From Macrostomum lignano (taxonomy: Eukaryota): a stretch of DNA of 27,944 nucleotides. The position numbers and the translations under genes were made by a program. Shown here in pieces: positions 9,597-19,550 of the stretch (positions within the stretch are counted from its first letter, which is position 1; every line of letters starts with the position of its first letter). The DNA is taken from positions 1-27,944 of the forward strand of contig NIVC01002500.1 in the NCBI GenBank assembly GCA_002269645.1, in the 5' to 3' direction. Below the pieces are notes generated by a model. The model saw only the letters and a list, made by a program, of their open reading frames with translations. It was not told the DNA's origin and searched no databases.

Positions 9597-12500
9597 TTTG
9601 ACTCTCCGTAATCCTTTTTGATTCTGACGCTTCAAAGCGTTCATTTACTCCCCCTTAATTCTTTGACTTCTGGCCCCCTGACACTTCCCGACACTTTTGA
9701 CTCGTTAAAACTTTCACTTTTCCTCTTTAAAAAGAATCTTAATTGCTTTCTCACAGTGAAGCAGCTGACATTAAGAACATCTTTAGGTATCTTCAGGCTC
9801 CCTGAACCCCGACAGTCTGATAGACGGCCCCAATGCAGCCCAGCTCAGCCCAGCCCAGCTCAGCTCAGCTCAGCCCAGGCCAGCTCTCTATCTGAGTCTG
9901 CGCAGCCACCCCCGCCCACCCTCCAGCCTCATCCAGTGACAGGCAGCCGGCCCTCTCTCTAAGTCCACAATTGCTGAGCAAAGCACAAAACCCCCAGTGG
10001 CTTGTCTTGTCTTTGCAGCTCATCTGCACAGCCAGCTCACCCAGCGCTTCCTCGGCCGCCTCCGCCAGAGATTTTTTTCTTTTCAAGCCGACCCCCGAGG
10101 TCCCGCTGTCTTCAGTCTCCCGCGCTCTGTTTTTTCCCCCGGACTCACAAGGCTGCCAAATTCAATTGGGAGAAAGGGAGAGAGGAGAAGACAGCAGTTG
10201 GAATCCCGTCAATAGATCCCTGGGAAGGCGAGTTGCCTCCATGCTGGAGAGCGGCGCCCCCCAGGCTGACATGCATCAGCAGCAGCAGCAGCAGCAGCCA
10301 CAGGCGGGGAGCTCGCTGCCCGTGCTGGCCATCGAGCCGCTGCCGCCGGCCGACTCCGACGAAGAGGAGGACCAGCTGCCGGACCTGCCGGGCCGCTCTT
10401 GGCCTGGCAGCGGCAGTGTCGGCGGCAGCAGCGGCGGGGCGGGCGTGGATGCGGCGGCGGCAGCCCTGGCCTCCTCACGCCGCGGCTCGCTGTACATTTT
10501 CAGGCAGTCCGACGAAGTCATTGTGACGCCGTTCGCCCAGGTGCTGCACACCCTGCGCTCCGTGTACGACAGTGTTCGGACGATGACAAGCGGCGGCGGG
10601 CGGCCGGCACCGGCGCAGAATCACAGGTGAGCAGCGGAGCTTAATTGACTCAAGAATCGCTTTGGCCATTGTGCTGCGTGCCCCCCCCGCGGCGTGACGC
10701 AAACAGAGAAGGCTGAAGATTTATGACCACGCCAGGCCTGATAGCGATAGCCGCCTGCCGCAGACAAGAGTCAAACATTACAACAGTGTCACTCGGGCCA
10801 TCCACTTCTATCCCCCCATCGGACAGCCAGAGACTGTTGACTCGAAGAAGGCGCCATTTCTTTCAAGCTTTTTTCGACCCTTCTCTTCACCCTTTGCCTG
10901 CCCTATTGTGACAAAAAAGCACCTCGTTGCGCTTGCTCTGGTCGGCAAAGCTGAGCCAGTCGTTAAAACAGCCTCACCCAGCCTCTCTCGCTCTCTCCCT
11001 GACTCCATCGCTGAGATGCGGTGGAGTTTTTGGAAGCGCTGAGAGCGCAGCCCGCCCTGCCCCGCTCTCAGCCTCTCCTGACTACTCAGCGCTGGCGTCA
11101 CAAGTTGCTAAAAATAAACTTTGCGGACTTGTCGCCCTCCCCCCAGCCCGGCCGTTCATGAGCGGCCCCGGGGCTGCAGCCTGCGCGCAATCTCTATCTT
11201 GTCTCCTGGCCCGGTCTCTAAAACTCTCAATCGGCCCTTTCTCTCTGTGTTGAGCATTTTTTGCTTTATGAACTCTACGCGGCCTGGCCTCTGTGACTTG
11301 AGTCGACTGCTCAGAGCTCCATTCAACTGCCTCTGGCTTTCGGGAATGGGGGGTTTAGAGGCCTCTTCTCGCCCGCAATCTCAGCGTGTGTGCCGCCTCT
11401 TCAGTGCAGGTTTTGTGCAGCGGAATGAAAATGAAACAAATTAACCTGCCGGTGCAGTTTCCCTCCCTCCCTACCGCAGCTGCAGATTCCTCATGCAGTT
11501 TCCCGCCCTCCCCTACCGCAGCTGCAGATTCCTCATGCAGTTTCCCGCCCTCCCCTACCGCAGCTGCAGATTCCTCATGCAGTTTCCCGCCCTCCCCTAC
11601 CGCAGCTGCAGATTCCTCATGCAGTTTCCCGCCCTCCCCTACCGCAGCTGCAGATTCCTCATGCAGTTTCCCGCCCTCCCCTACCGCAGCTGCAGATTCC
11701 TCATGCAGTTTCCCGCCCTCCCTAACGCAGCTGCAGATTCCTCATGCAGTTTCCCGCCCTCCCTACCGCAGCTGCAGATTCCTCATGCAGTTTCCCGCCC
11801 TCCCCTACCGCAGCTGCAGATTCCTCATGCAGTTTCCCGCCCTCCCTAACGCAGCTGCAGATTCCTCATGCAGTTTCCCGCCCTCCCTACCGCAGCTGCA
11901 GATTCCTCATGCAGTTTCCCGCCCTCCCCTACCGCAGCTGCAGATTCCTCATGCAGTTTCCCGCCCTCCCTACCGCAGCTGCAGATTCCTCATGCAGTTT
12001 CCCGCCCTCCCTACCGCAGCTGCAGATTCCTCATGCAGTTTTCCGCCCTCCCTAACGCAGCTGCAGATTCCTCATGCAGTTTCCCGCCCTCCCCTACCGC
12101 AGCTGCAGATTCCTCATGCGGTTTCCTCATGCGTACTTTTCATTGAATTTTCAGTTCGAGCCGCAGGGCGCCAGCTGGAGATGCAGGTAAGCCGCCTCGG
12201 ACCAGCTGCGGGTGTCAGTCGGATGCGAGTTTTCTCAATATTATTAAAATTCTGATCAAAATTTCTATTGGCATGGGCAGCCAATGTCGGTGATGAGGTC
12301 GTCTAGGGGGGAGGGGGTCCTCGGCATTTCCCAGGAAGCTGGGCGCAGCTCCAGTGGAATCAGTCCTCAGTGGCAACCATGCAGAATGCGCTGGGACTGG
12401 CAGCTCATCACAAAAATGAGACTGATTAATTAAGAAAGTCAACTGGACCAGACAGCCTCTGGATTCCCAGCTCAACCTCACTGTAAGGTTAATCCTCTGG

Positions 12501-15500
12501 TCTCACAGATCCCCTGCTCTCACAGATCCCCTGCTCTCACAGATCCCCTGCTCTCACAGATCCCCTGCTCTCACAGATCCCCTGCTCTCACAGATCCCCT
12601 GCTCTCACAGATCCCCCTGCTCTCACAGATCCCCTGCTCTCACAGATCCCCTTCTCTCACAGATCCCCTGGTCTCACAGATCCCCTGCTCTCACAGATCC
12701 CCTGGTCTCACAGATCCCCTGCTCTCACAGATCCCCTGGTCTCACAGATCCCCTGCTCTCACAGATCCCCTGCTCTCACAGATCCCCTGCTCTTATCCTG
12801 CATCTGCAAGTCCCTGGCGGCATTGCAGGCAGCTTCGCCGACAACCACCTGGCGGAGAAGACACTGAAGGACCTCGAGTGGTGCCTGGAGCAGCTGGAGA
12901 CGGTGCAGACGCACCGGTCAGTGGCGGACATGGCTTCCAGCAAGGTGAGGATGGCCTGCCGCCAGCTTTAGTTGGTCTCATCAGCTGTTTCAACACTCAT
13001 TTGTTCGGCTTTTCCCTTGGCTTTTCAGTTCAAAAAAATGCTCAAAATTGAGCTGGAGCGAATGAGCAGCTGGCCAAGCTCCACTGGTGCCACCTCCAAC
13101 CAGATCGAGAGCTACATCACCTCCACATTCCTGGGTGAGCCAATTACTGATCCTTGGTTATGGCTTTGGCACTGATTTTCTGACACACTCGATCTGACAC
13201 ACTCGATCTGACACACTTGATCTGACACACATGATCTGACAAACATGATCTGACACACAGGATCTGACACACTTGATCTGACACACAGGATCTGACACAC
13301 ATGATCTGACACACAGGATCTGACAAACATGATCTGACACACATGATCTGACAAACATGATCTGACACACAGGATCTGACACACATGATCTGACACACAG
13401 GATCTGACACACTTGATCTGACAAACATGATCTGACACACAGAATCTGACACACATGATCTGACACACAGGATCTGACACACAAAATCTGACACACATGA
13501 GCTGACACATTATCTGACATGCTCTGAAATGTGCTCCGACACACATGCTCTCACACATTGTTGCACTGACTCTGACGCACATTCTGACGCGCGGACTCTG
13601 ACACAGAGAAAGACGACGATGACAGAACTGCATCCGCTGCTGCCGCTGCCGCTGCTGCCGTCGCCGCCGCGGAATCCTTGGAGCCGTCGACGAACTCAAC
13701 GTCGGGGACGCTTCCTGACACTCAGCGGTCGCCCGCGTCAGCGCCGTCGTCCTCACCAGCGGAGGCCAGCGGCGCCCGAGGCACCATGACGAAGGTGCCC
13801 GTGCGGCCCGCCGTGCTGCCGCCGACGCCCACTGAGGGGCCGCTGCCGCCGCGACTCGGCGTGGAGACGCCGCACGCCGAGCAGCTCAGCGAGCTGTTCG
13901 CGCAGAGCCTGGGCACCTGGGGGCTGGACATCTTCCTGGTGGACCGGCTGTCCTGCCAGCACCCGCTGGTCACCGTGGTGTACGCCATCGCGGAGGTGAG
14001 CAGCTCAGAAGTAACGCACTCGCCTCTCTTGCACCAGTGCAGCCCGGATTCGATTCTGTGTGCGCCCTCACGAATCCGGGGTTCCCGCCCATTCTCCCAA
14101 CGGGTCACGGGAACTGACACATTTCTCCCAATGGGTCACGGGAACTGACACAATTCTCCCAACGGGTCACGGGAACTGACACAATTCTCCCAATGGGTCA
14201 CGGGAACTGACACAATTCTCCCAACGGGTCACGGGAACTGACACAATTCTCCCAATGGGTCACGGGAACTGACACAATTCTCCCAACGGGTCACGGGAAC
14301 TGACACAATTCTCCCAATGGGTCACGGGAACTGACACAATTCTCCCAACAAGTCACGGGAATTGACACAGTACTAAAGCAAGCGACGCCCCGCCGCCCGT
14401 CCTGCAGAAACGCGACTTCTTCAACAAGTTCCGCATCCACCCCAGCACGCTAGTCAACTATTTCTTGCACGTGGAGCAGCACTACAAGCAGGACAACCCC
14501 TACCACAACGCCGTGCACGCTGCCGACGTCACCCAGAGCACCCACGTGCTGCTCAACGCCCAGGCGCTGGACAATGTCTTCTCCGACCTGGAGATCCTTG
14601 CCAGCATCTTCGCCTGCGCCATCCACGATGTGAACCATCCGGGAGTCACCAACCAGTTCCTTATCAACACCGGTGAGTGGATGCCCCATGTAGGGCGTAC
14701 GCTACACTCTCTGTCCCTCACCCTCTCGCCTAAACTTTTTTACCAATTCTCGACCAATCACACATCGCTTCACCCCCACCCCACAATCCTATATCCTAAG
14801 AATGAGTTGTCTGTATGTATGTGGGTAGTATTGACTAATAAATAGCACTCGACGCCTGCATGCCTGGAGGTCCCTTGCCCTGCCCCGATGGACCAGAAGG
14901 TCTTCAGGCTCATCAGGTTGCAGCCGGCGCCGTTGTCGATCAGAAGGTCGGCTTTGCGGCTTCGGATGGTCGCCCTGACGCGCGGCAGGCGATTCCTTCG
15001 GGATTCGAGACAGAAAACTTCGCAGCTGCTCTCCAGGTCCTCTGGCTCGGCTCGCCCCTGGGCCGATACCGCGTGCACTTTCTCCTCGAATCCGCCGGGG
15101 CTGGACAAGCAAGCCTTCGCCAGGTGTCCGATTTTGTTGCATTTGTGGCAGGTTTTCCCTCTTGCCAGTCCTCTTGCCCAGCTCTCCACACCGAATGCAT
15201 TTGGCTTCCGATCGGGGCTCCTGGCCGTGGCGCTTTCGCTGGATCGAGTTTATCGTCTCGTTGTTCCGCGCTTCCATGGCTGCTGATTGAAGTTCCACCG
15301 CCTCGAAGGCTCTTGCTTGCTGCAGTGCGTCCTTTAGGCTGATGTTGCGAGTTTGCAGGAGTGTCCGCCGGAGCTGGGCGGATCTGCAGCCGGCCACTAT
15401 TTGGTCTCGGTTGAGCAAGTCGCGCTGGGACTCGAACTCGCAGCCATCGGCTGCTGCGTAGAGGCGCTGTGTCCAGGCCTCCAGTGACTCGCCAGTTTGC

Positions 15501-18022
15501 TGATGCAGTGCCGGAATTCGAACCTGACGAACACGGGGTTGTGCCTGTCGCTGGAGTGAGTCCTGAATGCCTGTCGCTGTAGTGAGTCCTGAATGCCTGT
15601 CGCTGTAGTGAGTCCTGAATGCCTGTCGCTGTAGTGAGTCCTGAATGCCTGTCGCTGTAGTGAGTCCTGAATGCCTGTCGCTGTAGTGAGTCCTGAATGC
15701 CTGTCGCTGTAGTGAGTCCTGAATGCCTGTCGCTGTAGTGAGTCCTGAATGCCTGTCGCTGTAGTGAGTCCTGAATGCCTGTCGCTGTAGTGAGTCCTGA
15801 ATGCCTGTCGCTGTAGTGAGTCCTGAATGCCTGTGGCTGAGTGAAGTGAGTCCTGAATGCCTCGATCAGATCGTCAAGAGACTTTCCAGTTCGATTCAGC
15901 TCTTTGAATTTGTCCGCCAGCTGCTTGCCGCCTACGTAATGAAGAATTCGCACTTGTGATGCCACTGGCTGCGACAAACCTTTTGAAACGGCCGGACCAC
16001 TCCTCCCACTTTGCTGAGAGGTTCTGCTGCTCTGTTGCATCATTAAACTGCTCAGGCGGGGATAGCTGCAGAGGCACAGACATTCTGACTGCTTGCGATG
16101 CCAATGTGAAGTCTAGGTTCGCGTGCCGAGAAAGGTGGCCTCTGTATGGCTTTGTTAACTTAATATATTTATTATTCAATATTGTGGGGTGGGGGTGAAG
16201 CGATGCGTGATTGGTCGAGACTTGGTGAACAAGTTTAGGCGAGAGGGCGAGTCATGAATAATAATTTGGGGCAGAGAGTGTAACGTACGCCCTACACCCC
16301 TGACACCTTGATTAGATCATCCTGACACCTGATTAGACTGACCTGACACTTTGATTAGACCATCCTGATACCTTGATTAGACTGACCTGACACTTTGATT
16401 AGACCATCCTGACACCTTGATTAGACACCCTGACACTTTGATTAGACCATCCTGACACCTTAATTAGACCATCCTGACACCTTGATTAGACCATCCTGAC
16501 ACCTTGATTAGACCATCCTGACACCTTGATTAGACCATCCTGACACCTTGATTAGACCATCCTGACACCTTGATTAGACTGACCTGACTGAATTCTCTTG
16601 ATACTGAATACATGTAGATCCTCTTGATGACTTTGACACAGTCACCTGACATCTTGACTGGATCTATCCAGCAGATTCACTTCCATTTCCTTACATCACA
16701 GCCAGATCCTTCTGACATAATGACCAGATCCTTCTGACATAATGACCAGATCCTTCTGACATAATGACCAGATCCTTTTGACATAATGACCAGATCCTTC
16801 TGACATGATGACCAGATCCTTCTGACATCATGACCAGATCCTTCTGACATCATGACCAGATCCTTCTGACATAATGACCAGATCCTTTTGACATAATGAC
16901 CAGATCCTTTTGACATCATGACCAGATCCTTCTGACATCATGACCAGATCCTTCTGACATCATGACCAGATCCTTCTGACATCATGACCAGATCCTTCTG
17001 ACATCATGACCAGATCCTTCTGACATCATGACCAGATCCTTTTGACATCATGACCAGATCCTTCTGACATCATGACCAGATCCTTTTGACATAATGACCA
17101 GATCCTTTTGACATAATGACCAGATCCTTCTGACATCATGACCAGATCCTTCTGACATCATGACCAGATGCTTTTGACATCATGACCAGATCCTTCTGAC
17201 ATCATGACCAGATCCTTCTGACATAATGACCAGATCCTTTTGACATAATGACCAGATCCTTTTGACATCATGACCAGATCCTTCTGACATCATGACCAGA
17301 TCCTTCTGACATCATGACCAGACCCTCCTGACATCATGAGCATGTCTCTGACGAGATTCTTCTGACAGCCTGACCCCCTCCCCGCCGCAGAGAACGAGCT
17401 GGCCATCATGTACAACGACGCCAGCGTGCTGGAGAATCACCACTGCGCCGTGGCCTTCAAGCTGCTGCAGGAGCCGAACAGCAACATCCTGCGCCAGCTG
17501 GAGGACGGACAGCGGAAGCAGCTCCGCAAGATGGTCATCGACATGGTGCTGGCCACCGACATGAGCAAGCACATGTCGCTGCTGGCCGACCTCAAGACCA
17601 TGGTGGAGACCAAGAAGGTGGCGGGCGGCTGCCTGCTGAAGCTGGACAACTACAGCGAGAAGATGCAGATCATGCAGAACATGGTGCACTGCGCCGACCT
17701 CAGCAACCCGGCCAAGCCCATGCCGCTGTCCTCCCAGTGGGTCACCCGCGTCATGGAGGAATTCTTCAGCCAGGGCGACCGCGAGAAGGCGCTCGGCCTG
17801 CCGGTCAGCCCCATGTGCTGTCGGGAAACCGCCAACGTGGAGAAGTCGCAGGTGTCCTTCATCGACTTCATCGTGCACCCGCTGTGGGAGGCCTGGACCG
17901 AGCTGGTGCACCCGGATGCTGAGCACATCCTCAACACGCTGGAGGGCAACCGGGATCATTACTCGGAGTTGTCAGCAGCCAAGGAGGCCGCAGCAGCCGC
18001 CAAGGCCGGCCAGGAGACCTAG
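5491..18022 (+). CDS. PDE4: cAMP-specific 3',5'-cyclic phosphodiesterase PDE4/dunce, long form; join(5491-5687,6835-7011,10504-10626,12155-12186,12829-12944,13029-13134,13607-13995,14408-14672,17391-18022) = 2037 nt, 678 aa
   Basis: UCR1 ([12 protein letters not shown]...IVTPFAQVL), UCR2 ([29 protein letters not shown]...TFL) and catalytic motifs [42 protein letters not shown] and SQVSFIDF. All introns are GT-AG with matching phases (2,2,2,1,0,1,0,1). The 5'-most exon and start codon are less certain. Confidence 0.93.
5672..6235. repeat. Tandem repeat (44-119 bp units with variable (CT)n) built on the exon/intron junction CTTGTCACACCTGCWG|GTGAGTGACTCTCTGAAGAGCAC
   Basis: Nine copies carry GTGAGT (GT at 5688, 5754, 5814, 5874, 5926, 5982, 6101, 6145, 6189); a tenth copy is degenerate. 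Confidence 0.93.
6835..7011 (+). CDS. PDE4: PDE4 exon with first half of UCR1, including PKA site RRESF
   Basis: Acceptor ttttcaccccgcag| at 6834; translates FEENL...[37 protein letters not shown]; donor CA|GTGAGG, phase 2. Confidence 0.88.
8030..9300. repeat. 10-bp CTGACTC-core repeat organised as a 50-bp higher-order unit, ~23 copies
   Basis: Unit CTCCTGACTC TCTCTGACTC TTCCTGACTC TCCCTGACTC ACYCTGACTA. Confidence 0.96.
9375..9592. repeat. 29-bp repeat (CTTTCTGACTCTCCTGACTCTCCCTTACC, ~4 copies) followed by (CT)n microsatellite
   Basis: Read directly. Confidence 0.9.
10241..10626 (+). CDS. PDE4: Candidate alternative first exon ([15 protein letters not shown]...[11 protein letters not shown]) reading into the UCR1b exon
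   Basis: ATGs at 10241 and 10271 are in frame; the stop-free, GC3-rich, coding-like sequence runs through the internal acceptor at 10503. Confidence 0.6.
10504..10626 (+). CDS. PDE4: PDE4 exon with second half of UCR1
   Basis: Acceptor acattttcag| at 10503 in phase 2; [20 protein letters not shown]; donor AG|GTGAGC. Confidence 0.9.
11454..12131. repeat. 41/42-bp minisatellite (GCAGTTTCCCGCCCTCCCCTACCGCAGCTGCAGATTCCTCAT)n, ~16 copies
   Basis: Tandem units; explains ORFs 11386-12255 and others. Confidence 0.96.
12155..12186 (+). CDS. PDE4: PDE4 32-nt micro-exon (LR1 linker; [11 protein letters not shown])
   Basis: Acceptor ttttcattgaattttcag|, donor GCAG|GTAAGC. Bridges the phase-2 donor at 10627 to the phase-1 acceptor at 12828. 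Confidence 0.75.
12497..12793. repeat. 17-bp minisatellite (TCTCACAGATCCCCTGC)n, ~17 copies
   Basis: Read directly. Confidence 0.96.
12829..12944 (+). CDS. PDE4: PDE4 UCR2 exon a
   Basis: [38 protein letters not shown]; donor AAG|GTGAGG, phase 0. Absent from the ORF track. Confidence 0.92.
13029..13134 (+). CDS. PDE4: PDE4 UCR2 exon b
   Basis: Acceptor cttttcag|; [35 protein letters not shown]; donor G|GTGAGC, phase 1. Confidence 0.93.
13174..13525. repeat. 14-bp minisatellite (TGATCTGACACACA)n, ~25 copies
   Basis: Read directly; explains the Cys-rich minus-strand pseudo-ORFs. Confidence 0.95.
13607..13995 (+). CDS. PDE4: PDE4 LR2 linker and start of catalytic domain
   Basis: Acceptor ctgacacag|; EKDDDD...[28 protein letters not shown]; donor GAG|GTGAGC, phase 0. 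Confidence 0.9.
14094..14370. repeat. 31-bp minisatellite (CTCCCAAYGGGTCACGGGAACTGACACAATT)n, ~9 copies, alternating C/T variants
   Basis: Units start at 14094, 14125, 14156 and so on. Confidence 0.96.
14408..14672 (+). CDS. PDE4: PDE4 catalytic exon (metal-binding HNxxH and HD motifs)
   Basis: Acceptor tcctgcag|; KRDFFNKF...[10 protein letters not shown]...[17 protein letters not shown]; donor G|GTGAGT, phase 1. Confidence 0.96.
14689..14787 (+). repeat. Inverted partial copy of the same terminal repeat
   Basis: ~93% identical to the right end over 99 bp; followed by unrelated sequence that also contains AATAAA. Confidence 0.9.
14860..16083 (-). pseudogene. Ty3/Gypsy gag (capsid, CCHC knuckle) plus aspartic protease fragment; frameshifted; no RT, RNase H or integrase
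   Basis: [13 protein letters not shown]...[19 protein letters not shown] / LHYVGG...LIEAFRTHF / [11 protein letters not shown] / [13 protein letters not shown]...CEF...RDQIVAG / [14 protein letters not shown] (15150-15109) / [13 protein letters not shown] (Asp at 14937-14935). Confidence 0.9.
15542..15861. repeat. 26-bp minisatellite (TGCCTGTCGCTGTAGTGAGTCCTGAA)n, ~12 copies, inside gag
   Basis: Unit starts at 15542, 15568 ... 15828. Confidence 0.96.
16105..16296 (-). repeat. Putative 5' LTR (192 bp, TGT...ACA) followed by a PBS-like TGGCATCG
   Basis: On the minus strand it starts TGTAGGG, contains AATAAA, ends GACTTCACA, then T-TGGCATCGC, with the gag ATG at 16083. Confidence 0.65.
16298..16590. 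repeat. 22-bp minisatellite (CCTGACACCTTGATTAGACCAT)n, ~13 copies
   Basis: Read directly. Confidence 0.93.
16700..17340. repeat. 22-bp minisatellite (GACCAGATCCTTYTGACATMAT)n, ~29 copies
   Basis: Read directly. Confidence 0.96.
17391..18022 (+). CDS. PDE4: PDE4 terminal exon (rest of catalytic domain, stop TAG)
   Basis: Acceptor cccgccgcag|; [18 protein letters not shown]...LATDMSKH...[11 protein letters not shown]...[17 protein letters not shown]. Confidence 0.97.
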
Positions 18023-18757
18023 GGCCGCTCCCCATGCCTCCCAGACTCCTCCCGGCTTCATTGTCTCTCCTCCTTGTTCACCTTGGCTTTTTGTGATGGA
18101 AATTCCATTGCTGTTTTTTGAGTTTCAGGTCTGCAGCTCCGCCTTTCAGCTGTTTCCGGTTTAGTCCTGCGCTGAGCAGCGTTGAACTTGCGGGTTCTCA
18201 CTGCGAAAATCCGCGTGAGCTCGTGAGGGATTCCAAGCCTCAGCTTAAACTCATTATTAGCTTCAAAGTGAGCTGCTCCCACTAGATATATATAATATAG
18301 GTAAACTGTGACTGCAACCGTTTGAATTCATTTAGACTTGATGAAGTCACTCCGCTCAACACTTAAACCTGTTGGTTTTGGCTAAGCAACCCTCTGGTCT
18401 GAAGGCCACAAGTTCACGCCCTTCTGCGCCACCCCTGCACTGATTTCCCAAAAACAATTATTTTCAATTTTTGGTGTTTGGTTAGCTCGCGCTTTTTCTC
18501 TCCAATAATTTTTGTCACGCAGTTCCGCTTTCACTCGCCGAGCTCAGAGGCAGAGTTTATAAATATATTGAAGAGTTTGTCAGGAGCAGATTGGTCAGCG
18601 TCTGAAGAAACCCTCCAGACTAAATTCTTTGTTAGTGAAAAGTTTGGCAAAACTGAGACTCAGGGTGACAGTCAGATTCTAAGTTAGTCAACAGAGCTGA
18701 TGGAAATTGAACATAATGCGTGACAGAATACGCATTGCCAGATATCCTAAAAATACT

Positions 18758-19435
18758 CGAAGAAAATAAAACATTTCTTAGAAAAAATAGAAGAAAATGA
18801 CACATTTCCTAGAAAGAATAAAAAAATCAACAGTTCCTAGAAAGAATCGAAGAAAATGACACATTTCCTAGAAAGAATCATAGAAAATAAAACATTTCCT
18901 AGAAAGAATCAAAGAAAATGACACATTTCCTAGAAAGAATCAAAGATAATGAAACATTTCCTAGAAAGAAATGAAGAAAATGACACATTTGCTAGAAAGA
19001 ATCATAGAAAATGACACATTTCCTAGAAAGAGTCATAGAAAATGACACATTTCCTAGAAAGAATAAAAGATAATGAAACATTTCCGAGAAATAAATGAAG
19101 AAAATGACACCATTTCCTTGAAAGGACAAAAGAGCTGGCACATTTCTATATTATGATCAAAAGAGCTGACACATTTCCATATTATGATTAAAAGAGCTGA
19201 CACATTTCCTTGAAAGGACAAAAGAGCTGACACATTTCCATATTATGATCAAAAGAGCTGACACATTTCCATATTATGATTAAAAGAGCTGACACATTTC
19301 CATATTATGATCAAAAGAGCTGACACATTTCCATATTATGATTAAAAGAGCTGACACATTTCCATATTATGATCAAAAGAGCTGACACATTTCCATATTA
19401 TGATTAAAAGAGCTGACACATTTCCTTGAAAGGAC
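18758..19435. repeat. GACACATTTCC-core minisatellite (30-32 bp), left part; units change from ...TAGAAAGAAT... to GAGCTGACACATTTCCATATTATGATYAAAA / GAGCTGACACATTTCCTTGAAAGGACAAAA near 19120
   Basis: Read directly; interrupted by the LINE at 19435. Confidence 0.93.
19424..19435 (+). repeat. Left target-site duplication CCTTGAAAGGAC
   Basis: Identical 12-mer at 25249-25260. Confidence 0.92.
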
Positions 19436-19550
19436 TTGACTTACTTGACTTAGCTGCAGGGGGCGTCCGGCGGATGCAGCGAGGAGGCGGAGGAGACCGC
19501 CCATTCCGCTAGCCCCTGGCGACCAACGACTTCCGTTGAAGTGGTGTCGC

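Larger units (their letters stand above)
14689..16296 (-). mobile_element. 1608-bp element with terminal inverted repeats enclosing a decayed Ty3/Gypsy gag-protease
   Basis: Both ends begin TGTAGGGCGTACG; 14689-14787 matches the reverse complement of 16181-16296 (7 substitutions and one 17-nt indel); flanks CCCCA and CCCCT. Confidence 0.85.

Noticed and set aside
11386-12255. 289-aa and overlapping ORFs
   Set aside because: Read-through of the 42-bp array inside a PDE4 intron.
13112-13756. Cys-rich, keratin-associated-like minus-strand ORFs ([13 protein letters not shown])
   Set aside because: Antisense translation of the 14-bp array.
14689-16296. DIRS or Polinton assignment for the inverted-repeat element
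   Set aside because: It has a Gypsy-type gag with CCHC and a protease, no tyrosine recombinase, RT or polB, and ends that are not AGTAGT-type.
17312-17959. Minus-strand ORFs over the last PDE4 exon
   Set aside because: Antisense shadows of a GC3-rich exon.
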